Origin: an uncultured Eubacteriales bacterium
GTDB taxonomy: Bacteria; Bacillota; Clostridia; Acetivibrionales; STF1-152
DNA length: 33,132 nucleotides
Direction of reading: 5' to 3'
Assembly: GCA_964471145.1 (NCBI GenBank)
Contig: CAYYGK010000002.1
Span: 1-33,132, forward strand
The notes under the pieces are model-generated. The model had not been told where the DNA came from and did not search any database. It saw nothing but the letters and a program-made list of their open reading frames with translations. Position 1 is the first letter of the stretch. Each line of letters begins with the position of its first letter. The position numbers and the translations under genes were made by a program. Positions 19,914 through 29,111 of this stretch are shown here, in pieces.

Positions 19914-22900
19914 TCAATAATTAAACCTTACGGCCTGACCGTAACGGAACAGATATATGTACCCTTCCTTTACTGTTTTACCGCTAAGCAGCGAAAGCGC
20001 TCTGGTGTAATACTTCATCTGAAGGCCATATCTTTCGTTTATGATATTTGTTTTGCCTTCAGGTACGTAATCAGTCTTATAGTCCAGCAGCACAAGACCG
20101 TCCGGCTCCTCAAAATAGCAGTCTATGATTCCCTGCAGCAGCATCGTCTCCTTTTTGCAGCCTTTCCCCTCCAGGTGCCCGTATACCTCACTGCAGGGTA
20201 TCTCCATGTTGAAAGGCACCTCCCTCATTACTCTGCCGGAAGCCTTCAATCTCTTTCCCAGGCTGGAGTTCAGGAATCCCCTTATCCTTTCTGTATCAAC
20301 AGAATCTGCCTGCTGAGCTGTAATCAGGTCCCTGTCTTTCATTTTCCTTATCTGTGTTTCGATGTCTTCCCTGTTCAGATCCAGGTGCTGCATCACAAAA
20401 TGCAGTGCTGTTCCCTTTTCTGCAGCGCTTAATCCTTTTTTTCCCTCAAGGAATTTCGGCTTTTTTGCCAGCACGGGCATATCGGATAAAGCGGAGGCCT
20501 GCCCGGTACGCTCTATGTTAAATCTCCTTTTAAGCTCGGAAACCGAAACCTTGGCAGGCATTCCGGCAACTGCAGAAAAAGGATATTCCCAGCCCAGCCT
20601 CTCTGTCGCAAATCCGGCAAGGCCTGGGTCTTTTTTATGGTTTTGAATATTTTCCATCCAGCTGGTAATGCTTTTCTCCTGTTCTCTTGTACCAGCAGCG
20701 CTTACAGTTAAATCATTTTTATTCCACAGCATAACATTCCAGCAAGAGGAGTCATCTATTACGGGAAGCAGTCCAGAGTCCCGATGCTTTAGCAGCGCGG
20801 GGCCAATCCATTCAATATAGCTGCGGCCTTTCCTTACCAGGTACCCGGGTACCCTGTCGCTTTTCAGGCCTGCCCGTGCCGCCCATCTTCCTGCGGCTCT
20901 GGATAAGTTATTCACTGAGCCTGTAACAATAAGCTTCTCTCTTGCCCTCGTCATTCCTACATACAGTATCCTCATTTCCTCAGAGAGAGTCTCGGCCCTT
21001 ATCCTTTCACGGACAGCTGTCTTGGCTGCTGACGGCCAGGCGGCACGCAGGCTGCAGTCAACCACATCAGGGCCAAATCCCAGTTTGTAATGCAGCAGTA
21101 TTCTTTTTTCAGAATCCTGCAGATTAAACCTCTTCCCACACCCCGAAAGAATAACTACAGGGAACTCCAGCCCCTTGCTCTTATGAATGCTCATTATCCT
21201 TACCACGTTTTCATTCTCGCCCAGGATTTTGGCGCTTCCCATGTCTCCGCTGCTGCCTTTCATCCTGTCAATGAAGTTTATAAAATTAAAAAGCCCCCTG
21301 TAACTGGTCTGTTCAAATTGCCTTGCCCTTTCAAAAAGCATTCTGAGATTTGCCTGACGCTGCTCACCTGCCGGCATTGCTCCCACTATTGTATAATACC
21401 CGGTATCATTGTAAAGCTGCCATATCAATTGATCAGTTGACATGTACACCGCCATGTCTCTCCATCTTGTGAGTTTTTCCATAAAAACTAATGCCTTTTC
21501 AGATACCCTTCCCTGCTCTTTGCAGGCTGTTTTCCTTAGCGCATTGAACAAAGGTGCCTTTGTGTCCTCAAGTCTGACCTGGGCAAGTTCATCTGAAGCA
21601 AATGAGAATACCGGTGAACGCAATACCGAAAGCAGCGGAATATCCTGCAGCGGATTGTCTATGACCTGTAGAAATGAAAGCACTACCTGGATTTCTATTG
21701 TCTTGAAAAAACCCTGTCCTGAGTCAGTAAAAGCAGGTATGCCCACCAGAGCAAACTCCTCTGCAAAAACCTCTGCCCAGTTCCTTGTGGTACGAAGCAG
21801 TACAACAATGTCCCTGTACATCGCCTGCCGGTATTCCTTTCTGCCCTTGTCGTAAACGCACAGCCGCCTTCCCTTTTTGTCCGGAATAAACAATTCGCGT
21901 ATTCTGTGAGCCACCACCCTTGCCTCACACTGTATCCTGTCCAGCATCTCCTTTTCATTATCTGATTCTTCACCCGTATCTTCCAAATTCACAATGTGAA
22001 ACTCCGCTTTGTCGGCAGGCGACATGCCCGAAGGACAGCTGCCGTAAAGCGCGCCTTGATGCAGTGCTTCATCATCGGTATAGTCCAGTTCGCCAACTGA
22101 ACTTGACATAATGCGCCTAAAAAGGAAATTTACCGCATTGATAACACCCTCCCTGCTCCTGAAATTTTTAAGAAGCAGTACCTTTCTTTTTATGTCTTCT
22201 GTTCTGGATTTATAGTCATTGTATTTCTCCAGGAAAATTTCAGGCCTCGCCTGCCTGAAACGGTATATGCTTTGCTTTATGTCCCCCACCATGAAAACCC
22301 GGGGGGTTTTACAGCCTTCTCCTGATATCATGCTGATGATTGTTTCCTGTACCATGTTGCTGTCCTGATATTCGTCTACAAGAATTTCATTGAATTGCTC
22401 TCTGTATTTGAGTGCTGTATTTGTAAGAACAGGTTGTCCGTCTTTCATGTCACAGAGTATGTCAAGGCAGAAATGCTCAAGGTCGTTAAAATCCACCACG
22501 GCCTTTTTTCTCTTTTTAAGTGCATATCTTTTCAGGAACTTGTTAACCAGGGAACCCATCTCTTTTATCAATGGAGACAGTGAACGCATATCGGAGATAG
22601 TCTGGGCCGAATCTGAAGCTATCACCTTCCCGCCAAGTACTTTAATTGCTTTCTTGACATCATTCCTTATGCCCTGTACCACGTCCTTTAATGCTTTGTC
22701 AGCATCCCTGGAGGCACTGGGAAGTCTTGAAAAACAAAAATCTCTTACTGCTTCATAAACTCTGTCCCAGATGCATAGTCCATCCTTACTAAATATATCA
22801 AGAACAGCGCTCACTTTTTGCCTGTCCTCACGGAATACATCCTCATATTTAATAAGCTCCGGGTCGTTTTTGATAATTTCTTCAGCATGAGCCAGAATTT

Positions 22901-23588
22901 CAAGCATTCCGTTGAGCTCAAACCTTATATGGTTCAGTATTTCTTTGCCCCAGGGGGTTTGACCGAAGTCTTTACCCTCAGGTATATTCATATTGTCTGC
23001 CATCTTCTTTAAGTATCTTTCCGGCCATGGCATGCTCTGTACGAAAGTACTGATCTCCATAACCAATTCACCCAGTGCACTATCGTCCCTGTTCCCCCCG
23101 TAATTCTCCAGCAGGTTTTTAAATCCCTCGTCATCATTTTCATACTGTTCCTCAAACACCTCGTCCAGCGCCTCCATCTTCATAAGGCGGCTTTCGGTAT
23201 CATCAGCTATTCTAAATCCGGGGTCAATACCCGCCTCCTGGAAATTGCTGCGTATAACCTGCAGGCAGAACGAATGTATGGTTGTTATGCTTGCTTTTGA
23301 CAAAAGAGTAAGCTGACGCTGGATAGTGTGGGATCCAGGTGCCTTTTCAAGGCGCTTTGCCAGCGCTTCGGTAATTCTCTCCCTCATCTCAGCGGCAGCC
23401 GCATTTGTGAATGTGACAACAAGCAGCCTGTCTATGTCCACAGGATGCCGGGTGTCGGTGATTTTCCTGATAATCCTCTCTACCAGAACGGCAGTCTTTC
23501 CTGCCCCTGCCGCCGCAGCTACCAGCAGCCTCGGGTTCTTACCCTCTATGGCCTGTCTCTGTTCGTCTGTCCATGGAGTTTTATCCAT
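19914..23588 (-). CDS. addA: ATP-dependent helicase/nuclease subunit A
   Basis: WTDEQ, AAAGAGKT, VTFTNAAAAEM, TIHSFC, VDEYQD, VGDIKQSIYRFR, IHKSKGLEF, and nuclease motif GIID...LDYKTD. ATG 23588 overlaps the addB end. Confidence 0.97.
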   Translation of the reverse strand: MDKTPWTDEQRQAIEGKNPRLLVAAAAGAGKTAVLVERIIRKITDTRHPVDIDRLLVVTFTNAAAAEMRERITEALAKRLEKAPGSHTIQRQLTLLSKASITTIHSFCLQVIRSNFQEAGIDPGFRIADDTESRLMKMEALDEVFEEQYENDDEGFKNLLENYGGNRDDSALGELVMEISTFVQSMPWPERYLKKMADNMNIPEGKDFGQTPWGKEILNHIRFELNGMLEILAHAEEIIKNDPELIKYEDVFREDRQKVSAVLDIFSKDGLCIWDRVYEAVRDFCFSRLPSASRDADKALKDVVQGIRNDVKKAIKVLGGKVIASDSAQTISDMRSLSPLIKEMGSLVNKFLKRYALKKRKKAVVDFNDLEHFCLDILCDMKDGQPVLTNTALKYREQFNEILVDEYQDSNMVQETIISMISGEGCKTPRVFMVGDIKQSIYRFRQARPEIFLEKYNDYKSRTEDIKRKVLLLKNFRSREGVINAVNFLFRRIMSSSVGELDYTDDEALHQGALYGSCPSGMSPADKAEFHIVNLEDTGEESDNEKEMLDRIQCEARVVAHRIRELFIPDKKGRRLCVYDKGRKEYRQAMYRDIVVLLRTTRNWAEVFAEEFALVGIPAFTDSGQGFFKTIEIQVVLSFLQVIDNPLQDIPLLSVLRSPVFSFASDELAQVRLEDTKAPLFNALRKTACKEQGRVSEKALVFMEKLTRWRDMAVYMSTDQLIWQLYNDTGYYTIVGAMPAGEQRQANLRMLFERARQFEQTSYRGLFNFINFIDRMKGSSGDMGSAKILGENENVVRIMSIHKSKGLEFPVVILSGCGKRFNLQDSEKRILLHYKLGFGPDVVDCSLRAAWPSAAKTAVRERIRAETLSEEMRILYVGMTRAREKLIVTGSVNNLSRAAGRWAARAGLKSDRVPGYLVRKGRSYIEWIGPALLKHRDSGLLPVIDDSSCWNVMLWNKNDLTVSAAGTREQEKSITSWMENIQNHKKDPGLAGFATERLGWEYPFSAVAGMPAKVSVSELKRRFNIERTGQASALSDMPVLAKKPKFLEGKKGLSAAEKGTALHFVMQHLDLNREDIETQIRKMKDRDLITAQQADSVDTERIRGFLNSSLGKRLKASGRVMREVPFNMEIPCSEVYGHLEGKGCKKETMLLQGIIDCYFEEPDGLVLLDYKTDYVPEGKTNIINERYGLQMKYYTRALSLLSGKTVKEGYIYLFRYGQAVRFNY

Positions 23589-26500
23589 TCTGACCGGCTT
23601 CCTCCTTAATCCTGCTCCATATGTCATCCCTGTCAATATCGTAGAGCGTTCTGTATTTGTTGTCCTTTATAGCAGTATCAAACTGGCATACCGGTTTAAA
23701 ACTGCAGTATTTACATGAAGATATGTCCTTCTTTCTATAGGGACTGATTTTGGTATTGCCGTCCCTGATTTCTGCACACAGCTGTCCAACCAGTTTTACA
23801 ACATGCCTTCTAAGCATTTCAAACTGCTCCCTGGTTGCAGCAGAAGTATTGCTTCCCAGCACATCTCCCTTATTGACAGCTGCAGGTATGATCGTGGAAG
23901 AACCTTCTATTGTGTTGTCCATTTGCTTTATTAGCTTTACATCCGCAAGAAGCAGCCCCCTCATTTTTAACTGCTTCAGGATGGCTTTCTCAATCTCTTC
24001 CTTTCCCATCCTCCTGCTTCCATTTATAAGCGGATCATCAATCTTAAAATACAGCAGTCCCCCCGGCATCACCTTTCCGCCGGCCTCTGCCGTCTGTATC
24101 GCATCCATATATGTTACAAGCTGTATCTGCAGGCCATAGTACGCATCCGACAGTTGAAAATCTCTGCTGCCGGATTTGTAGTCCACTATCCGCAGGTAGG
24201 TGCCCTCATCCGTTTTTAACCTGTCAACCCTGTCTATCCTGCCTGTCAGGGAGACTTTTTCACCGGATGGCAGTTCAATAGTTATGGGAGGATAATCCCC
24301 TTCTCCTCCAAAAACAACCTCATAACCCGTTGGGTCGAAACTGCTTTTTCTTATATGCTGCGCAACAATCCATACCGCTCTTGTCACAACACGTTTAAGC
24401 CTTCTTGCCAGTGCGGTATATCTCTTTGAAGCCGCAATCCCTCTTCCTTTCATATTGTCAAGCATTGCGTCAACAATAGCCGATACACTGTCCCTGCACC
24501 ATTCGATGCCAAAATCTCTCCAGCCCCCCTGGGTTTTTGAAACCTCAGAAGAGAATCTCTCTATTGCAGCATGCAGGAATGTTCCTACATCAGGAGGACT
24601 AAAGCCGTAAACTTTACGCTCTTGTGCACCAAGCCCGTAGCGTATAAAAAATGCAAACGGGCATGAAGCATATCTTTCAAGACGCGAGACACTTGACATA
24701 AAAGGGGTTCCATAAAGCTCTGCCGCCCTATTCCTTTGTATAGGCTGTGAAGTATTGGTATAGCAGAAAGCATGCTTTAGCTTCAGACATTCCACCTTCC
24801 ATTTGCTGTTATGGCAAAACCACCTGAAAACCTCCTGCCACACAGGATCAATTGCTTCCCCGTCAGCTTTCCGCCTAAGCTGTGTTACCATATGCCTGAA
24901 GGCCGGCTTGCTTCTGCAGACAAACGGCATGTCATCACTTACCGGTTTTTTTAAAGATATGTTGCTGCTCTGTGCAATTTCAGGAAAAAGCCTTCTTATT
25001 CTGTATACCACATGTGACGGCCGCATTGAACGGCCTTCAGAGTCTGAGATTGGCCAGCTTATTCTCAGATGCTTTTCCGGAGTGGTAAGTGCCCTGTAAA
25101 CCATGTACTGCCCGTCAAAAGCCTGTGTCCTTGTGTCGCTGGCAAGTTCTATCCCTTTCTTTCCCAGTTCTTCCCTGTCCCGGTCAGAGAGCATTCCCTC
25201 CTCTGCCGCAGGGAATGGGAACACACCATCGTTGGCACCCAGTACAAACAGAGCCTTTATATCATGACTTCTGGACCGCTCCAGATTCCCTGCCAGAACC
25301 TGGTCAAGAGCAGCAGGAATAAGCCCCGTCCTGTATTCAGCAAAGCCTATCCTCAGGATGTCCGCAAACCTTTCTGTTCCCAGCTTTTCATCATCCATCA
25401 CCTCAACGGCCTGGTCAAAGACCTCCATTACCGTGTTCCAAACCTGTGAATACTCGTTTGCCCTGTCAAGGTATCCTTGCTGCCTGAACCCTTCAACAGC
25501 CTCTTCTATCCTTTCAGGTACCTCGAGTGTGCACAGGAATTCATAAAGACTTTCGCAGTATTGTGCGGCTGTATTTCTCCCCTTTATCTTTTCACTTAGT
25601 TTTAGCAGGGGTGCACACACCTCTTTTTTTATGCAGTTGATTTTACTTAGCAGTTTATTATTGTGTGGGGGGATGTTTTCGTCCGGAATCATTCCATAGG
25701 TCATATGCCAGTCCTTTTCATCTGTCCATTTACTGCCCCTGATGCCGCAAGCCAGCACATAGTTTTCAAGCAGATCGGTTTCTTCAAAACCTGTTCCGGT
25801 TAGCCCCGTTTTAAGATATCGGAATACAGCTTCATATGACCAGTTCTCAATAAATATTTCAAGTACCGACAATACCAGCCTGACCAGCGGGTGGTTTGTT
25901 ATATCAACCTTCCTGTCTATGAAACACGGAATGTCGTATTCCTCAAACACAACCTCTATGAGCCTCTCATACTCTGAAAGATTCCCTGTTACTACGGCAA
26001 TATCCCTGTAGCGCATATCCTCATCCCTGCACAGGCGGATTATTTCCGCTGCAGCCGCTTCCACCTCTGTAAACATGCCGGTTGCAGAAAAAAGGCAAAT
26101 GTCCTTTGTTTTCCCTTTATAGACCGTATACGGGTAAGCATTAAGGCTGTTTTCGAGGTGCGCCAGTTCCGTGCTTGAAAAGAAGCGGTAAGGCGTGCCC
26201 TTGCAGGCAGATACGGCAGGTTCAATTTTGACTCCTTCTTCCCGTGCCATATCCCAAATCCTGCTGCATGCTGCTTTTACCTGCGTAAAAACATCCGTTC
26301 TTCCCGGGTCGGCCTGCCCGCCAAGACTGTCTGTACAAAGCGTAATATTAACCCGGTTAGCCTTTTTCATGAGTTTTAGAATAATTCTGTATTCCTGTGG
26401 GGTAAACCCTGAAAACCCGTCTATCCAAATTTCTCCATCCGTTAGCAGCGAACTTGATGCAAGCTTTTCTGCAGCAAGTGTAAGGTCATCTTCAGAGTCC

Positions 26501-27018
26501 CTGTATCTTGCTTTAAGTGTTTTTTCGAATTCATCGAATATTTGACTGAGTTCATTTATTTTAGCCTGAACAGAGAACCTGACGTCCCTGGCAGCTTCCG
26601 AAAGCATGACAGGCGTAATACTGTACCTTTTAAACTCTGTTATCATTGAAGACAGCTTGTTTACGAAGCCCGGATGCCTTGCAGAATCGGCAAACACCGA
26701 AAGGGTGTTCCTCTTCCTGTCAAGTATCCTGTGGAGAATCATGCATTTCCCTGCAGAGTGTATATGGGGGTATGTTATTCCGCCTGCCTCATTAAACACC
26801 CTGTAGGCCAGGCGCCTGAAACTCAACACCTCTGTCTTCAGTATCCCGCCTGTTTCAAGGACATCAATCAGGTCCCTTTCGGCCTGGAAGGTATACTGCT
26901 CCGGGACAAGAAGTGCTAACGGCCTTTCCTTCCCCGACGCTATTGCCTTTTTAATCTCTTCAAGGCAAAACCTGGTCTTGCCGCTTCCGGCTCTTCCATA
27001 TATCATTCTCAGACTCAT
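23581..27018 (-). CDS. addB: ATP-dependent helicase/nuclease subunit B
   Basis: YGRAGSGKT, LVPEQYTF, IDGFSGFT, Fe-S staple cysteines (ASCPF...CKYCSFKPVC), nuclease motif GRIDRVD...VDYKSG. ATG 27018. Confidence 0.97.
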   Translation of the reverse strand: MSLRMIYGRAGSGKTRFCLEEIKKAIASGKERPLALLVPEQYTFQAERDLIDVLETGGILKTEVLSFRRLAYRVFNEAGGITYPHIHSAGKCMILHRILDRKRNTLSVFADSARHPGFVNKLSSMITEFKRYSITPVMLSEAARDVRFSVQAKINELSQIFDEFEKTLKARYRDSEDDLTLAAEKLASSSLLTDGEIWIDGFSGFTPQEYRIILKLMKKANRVNITLCTDSLGGQADPGRTDVFTQVKAACSRIWDMAREEGVKIEPAVSACKGTPYRFFSSTELAHLENSLNAYPYTVYKGKTKDICLFSATGMFTEVEAAAAEIIRLCRDEDMRYRDIAVVTGNLSEYERLIEVVFEEYDIPCFIDRKVDITNHPLVRLVLSVLEIFIENWSYEAVFRYLKTGLTGTGFEETDLLENYVLACGIRGSKWTDEKDWHMTYGMIPDENIPPHNNKLLSKINCIKKEVCAPLLKLSEKIKGRNTAAQYCESLYEFLCTLEVPERIEEAVEGFRQQGYLDRANEYSQVWNTVMEVFDQAVEVMDDEKLGTERFADILRIGFAEYRTGLIPAALDQVLAGNLERSRSHDIKALFVLGANDGVFPFPAAEEGMLSDRDREELGKKGIELASDTRTQAFDGQYMVYRALTTPEKHLRISWPISDSEGRSMRPSHVVYRIRRLFPEIAQSSNISLKKPVSDDMPFVCRSKPAFRHMVTQLRRKADGEAIDPVWQEVFRWFCHNSKWKVECLKLKHAFCYTNTSQPIQRNRAAELYGTPFMSSVSRLERYASCPFAFFIRYGLGAQERKVYGFSPPDVGTFLHAAIERFSSEVSKTQGGWRDFGIEWCRDSVSAIVDAMLDNMKGRGIAASKRYTALARRLKRVVTRAVWIVAQHIRKSSFDPTGYEVVFGGEGDYPPITIELPSGEKVSLTGRIDRVDRLKTDEGTYLRIVDYKSGSRDFQLSDAYYGLQIQLVTYMDAIQTAEAGGKVMPGGLLYFKIDDPLINGSRRMGKEEIEKAILKQLKMRGLLLADVKLIKQMDNTIEGSSTIIPAAVNKGDVLGSNTSAATREQFEMLRRHVVKLVGQLCAEIRDGNTKISPYRKKDISSCKYCSFKPVCQFDTAIKDNKYRTLYDIDRDDIWSRIKEEAGQNG

Positions 27019-28148
27019 ACAGTCCTGCTCCTGTCTGCGACGTTTCTTTCTCCACAGCTTTCCCTGGCTATAAGCTGGGTAGGTACAGTTATATGCCTTA
27101 TATGACAACTTTTTCTCTCTATTTGGTCAATAGCTGTATCTGCTGCTGTCTGCCCTATGAGCATACCATTCTGGGCCACCGTTGTAAGGGGTATCTTTGA
27201 ATACCTGCTTTCCATATTGTTGTCAAAACCTGTTATCGCAGCATCACAGCCAATTGCAAATCCGGCGTCTTCAAGAAGTTCCATGCACTTTAGTGCAACA
27301 CCGTCATTGACGGCAACAATTCCGAATGGCTTGTGCATATTCAGTTTCTTAATCCTTTCTGGAAGTATACTAAGCAGGAACCTGTATGAATGCTTTCGTG
27401 ACAGACTTCCCTCTGCGGTGCTGTGCGTAATCACATTCAGCCTGAAGTCTTCGGCCGCTTTAAGGAATCCTTCCAGCCGTTGATCCACGCTTGAAACATC
27501 CTCTTTGTGTGAAACAAACAGCACATTATTAAATCCTTGCATCGCAAGGTGCCTCACTGCCGAATATATGCCTCCCCTGTTGTCCGAACCCGTAAAGTCC
27601 GCATCATCAATACCTGCATCCCTGTCCAGCAGCCCCAGGTAGACCCCCTTCTTCCTTATATCATCAATCATTTCACCTATGCTGCTTCCCTCAACGGGAA
27701 ATACAACCATTCCACAAGCGTGAGCCTGCAGCAGCCTGTCCAGCAGTCTGCTTTCCTGTTTACTGCCGCCATCACTGCTGCACGCAGCTACAAGGTATCC
27801 CCTTTTTTTTGCGCTCTTCTCAAAACCTTCAAGAATTTCCGCGCAAAGGCCTGTGCCTAATGATGGTAAAACAAGCCCCAGCAGTTTACTCTTAACAGGT
27901 GTTGCAGAACGGGGCGGCTGACTGCTTACGAAAGTACCCCTTCCCCTGCTCCTTGTAAGGTAGCCCTCTTTTACCAGTTCGCAAAGAGCCTGCCTTATGG
28001 GATACCTGCTGATGCCATATTCCCTGCACATATCCTTTTCTGTCATAATAACGCTGCCGGGCTTCATTTGGCCCTCTTCTATCCTCTTTTTCAGTTCATC
28101 CCTGAGCTGCATGTAAAGAGGCATATTAGAACTTCTATCCAATTTCAA
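27015..28148 (-). CDS. GntR-family HTH fused to a LacI-type sugar-binding domain (AraR-like transcriptional regulator)
   Basis: PLYMQLRDELKKRI...ISRYPIRQAL..LVKEGYLTRSRGRGTFV (GntR wHTH). C-terminal LLDR, SDNRGG, VAVNDGVA, ITGFDN, PLTTVAQN, TQLIARESC (LacI/GalR effector domain). TTG 28148 has a G-rich SD; the track's ATG 28244 extension reads the upstream pseudogene out of frame. Confidence 0.9.
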   Translation of the reverse strand: MKLDRSSNMPLYMQLRDELKKRIEEGQMKPGSVIMTEKDMCREYGISRYPIRQALCELVKEGYLTRSRGRGTFVSSQPPRSATPVKSKLLGLVLPSLGTGLCAEILEGFEKSAKKRGYLVAACSSDGGSKQESRLLDRLLQAHACGMVVFPVEGSSIGEMIDDIRKKGVYLGLLDRDAGIDDADFTGSDNRGGIYSAVRHLAMQGFNNVLFVSHKEDVSSVDQRLEGFLKAAEDFRLNVITHSTAEGSLSRKHSYRFLLSILPERIKKLNMHKPFGIVAVNDGVALKCMELLEDAGFAIGCDAAITGFDNNMESRYSKIPLTTVAQNGMLIGQTAADTAIDQIERKSCHIRHITVPTQLIARESCGERNVADRSRTV

Positions 28149-28164
28149 TCCGCTTCCCCCTTTT

Positions 28165-28448
28165 TCAGAAAAGCTCCATATTCTTTGATTCCAGGTGCTT
28201 TTGTACAATCGAAGCCATATCATAATCAAGCGGTCCTGTAACATGGTCCGCCATTTCGGCTATCACTGGTTTCACACCTACATTCTGCAGGTTATGACGT
28301 CACCAATATAGTATGGAAGGCCGCAGTTTGCAAAGGAAATGTATTCGCCCCTCTCAAACATTATTATCTTTGCCTGTTCATCCAGTCTCCTTAGCCTGGC
28401 TGCGATACTTGCACCTCCGGCAACTCCTCCTGCAATAAGGACTTTCAA
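28165..28448 (-). pseudogene. cdr: CoA-disulfide reductase / NADH oxidase family remnant (internal deletion, frameshift, 3' truncation)
   Basis: 28448..28278 (TTG, SD AGGAGG) translates MKVLIAGGVAGGASIAARLRRLDEQAKIIMFERGEYISFANCGLPYYIGDVITCRM*. Another frame, 28293..28165, gives NLQNVGVKPVIAEMADHVTGPLDYDMASIVQKHLESKNMELF*, a segment from much further into the same family. Confidence 0.9.
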
Positions 28449-28486
28449 ATCAAATACTCCTCCTGTATTACTGTAATTTTAATTTA

Positions 28487-28514
28487 ATTATATCAGAAAG
28501 GTTTTCTATATCAA
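28487..28514 (-). promoter_or_regulatory. Putative sigma-A promoter for the cdr remnant-regulator-addBA unit
   Basis: Minus strand TTGATA (28514-28509), 16 nt, extended -10 TG-n-TATAAT (28492-28487). Confidence 0.55.
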
Positions 28515-28551
28515 GGAAATACCCGGCATAATTACACTTTCAGGTTTTGCT

Positions 28552-28581
28552 GAATATTTTTTATGTACAGGCGAAAAACTA
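28552..28581 (+). promoter_or_regulatory. Putative forespore sigma-G-type promoter for sleB-ypeB
   Basis: GAATA (28552-28556), 18 nt, AAAACTA (28575-28581), fitting GHATA-N18-MAWAMTA. sleB-ypeB is sigma-G dependent in Bacillus. Confidence 0.5.
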
Positions 28582-28618
28582 ACCACTATAAAACATAAAT
28601 TCAGCAGGAGTGATTGCA

Positions 28619-29092
28619 ATGAAGAGAATTACCGTCTGCGTACTTCCATTAATACTGGCTGTACTGGCAGTCTTCCTTATATCAGATGCCTGTCTTTTGC
28701 AGGGCATAATCCATGCCCAGGGCGCCGGAGGGGGTGCAAGCAATGAGCAGCTTTTGGCGCGAGCCATAAACGGGGAGGCAAGAGGTGAACCATATGAGGG
28801 CCAGGTTGCCGTCGGCGCTGTTATAATCAACCGCACAAGGAACCCCAGTTTCCCAAAGACCATCCCGGGAGTCATATATCAGCCGGGTGCATTCACTGCG
28901 GTTTCGGACGGACAGATAAACGTGCCCATAAAATCCGATTCTTCTGTTTTAAAGGCTGCAAGAGATGCACTTAACGGCTGGGACCCGACAAACGGCTGCC
29001 TCTACTACTGGAATCCCGCCACGGCTACCAGTAAATGGATTTGGAGCAGGCAGATTGTTAAAAAAATCGGCAGGCACTATTTTGGCAAATAA
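28619..29092 (+). CDS. sleB: Spore cortex-lytic enzyme SleB (Hydrolase_2 catalytic domain plus signal peptide)
   Basis: LLARAINGEARGEPYEGQVAVGAVIINR (catalytic Glu), VIYQPGAF, GWDPTNGCLYYWNP, IGRHYF. Followed by ypeB. ATG 28619 follows AGGAG. Confidence 0.92.
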   Translation: MKRITVCVLPLILAVLAVFLISDACLLQGIIHAQGAGGGASNEQLLARAINGEARGEPYEGQVAVGAVIINRTRNPSFPKTIPGVIYQPGAFTAVSDGQINVPIKSDSSVLKAARDALNGWDPTNGCLYYWNPATATSKWIWSRQIVKKIGRHYFGK

Positions 29093-29111
29093 CAAAAACG
29101 GAGGAATTCAT

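Noticed and set aside
28149-28244. N-terminal extension of the GntR/LacI ORF (MLQDRLIMIW...)
   Set aside because: It is an out-of-frame reading of the cdr remnant. TTG 28148 has an SD and starts at the GntR domain.
28965-29111. Long N-terminal extension of ypeB in the ORF track
   Set aside because: It overlaps the sleB coding region. ATG 29112 has a GGAGG SD and precedes the expected TM anchor.
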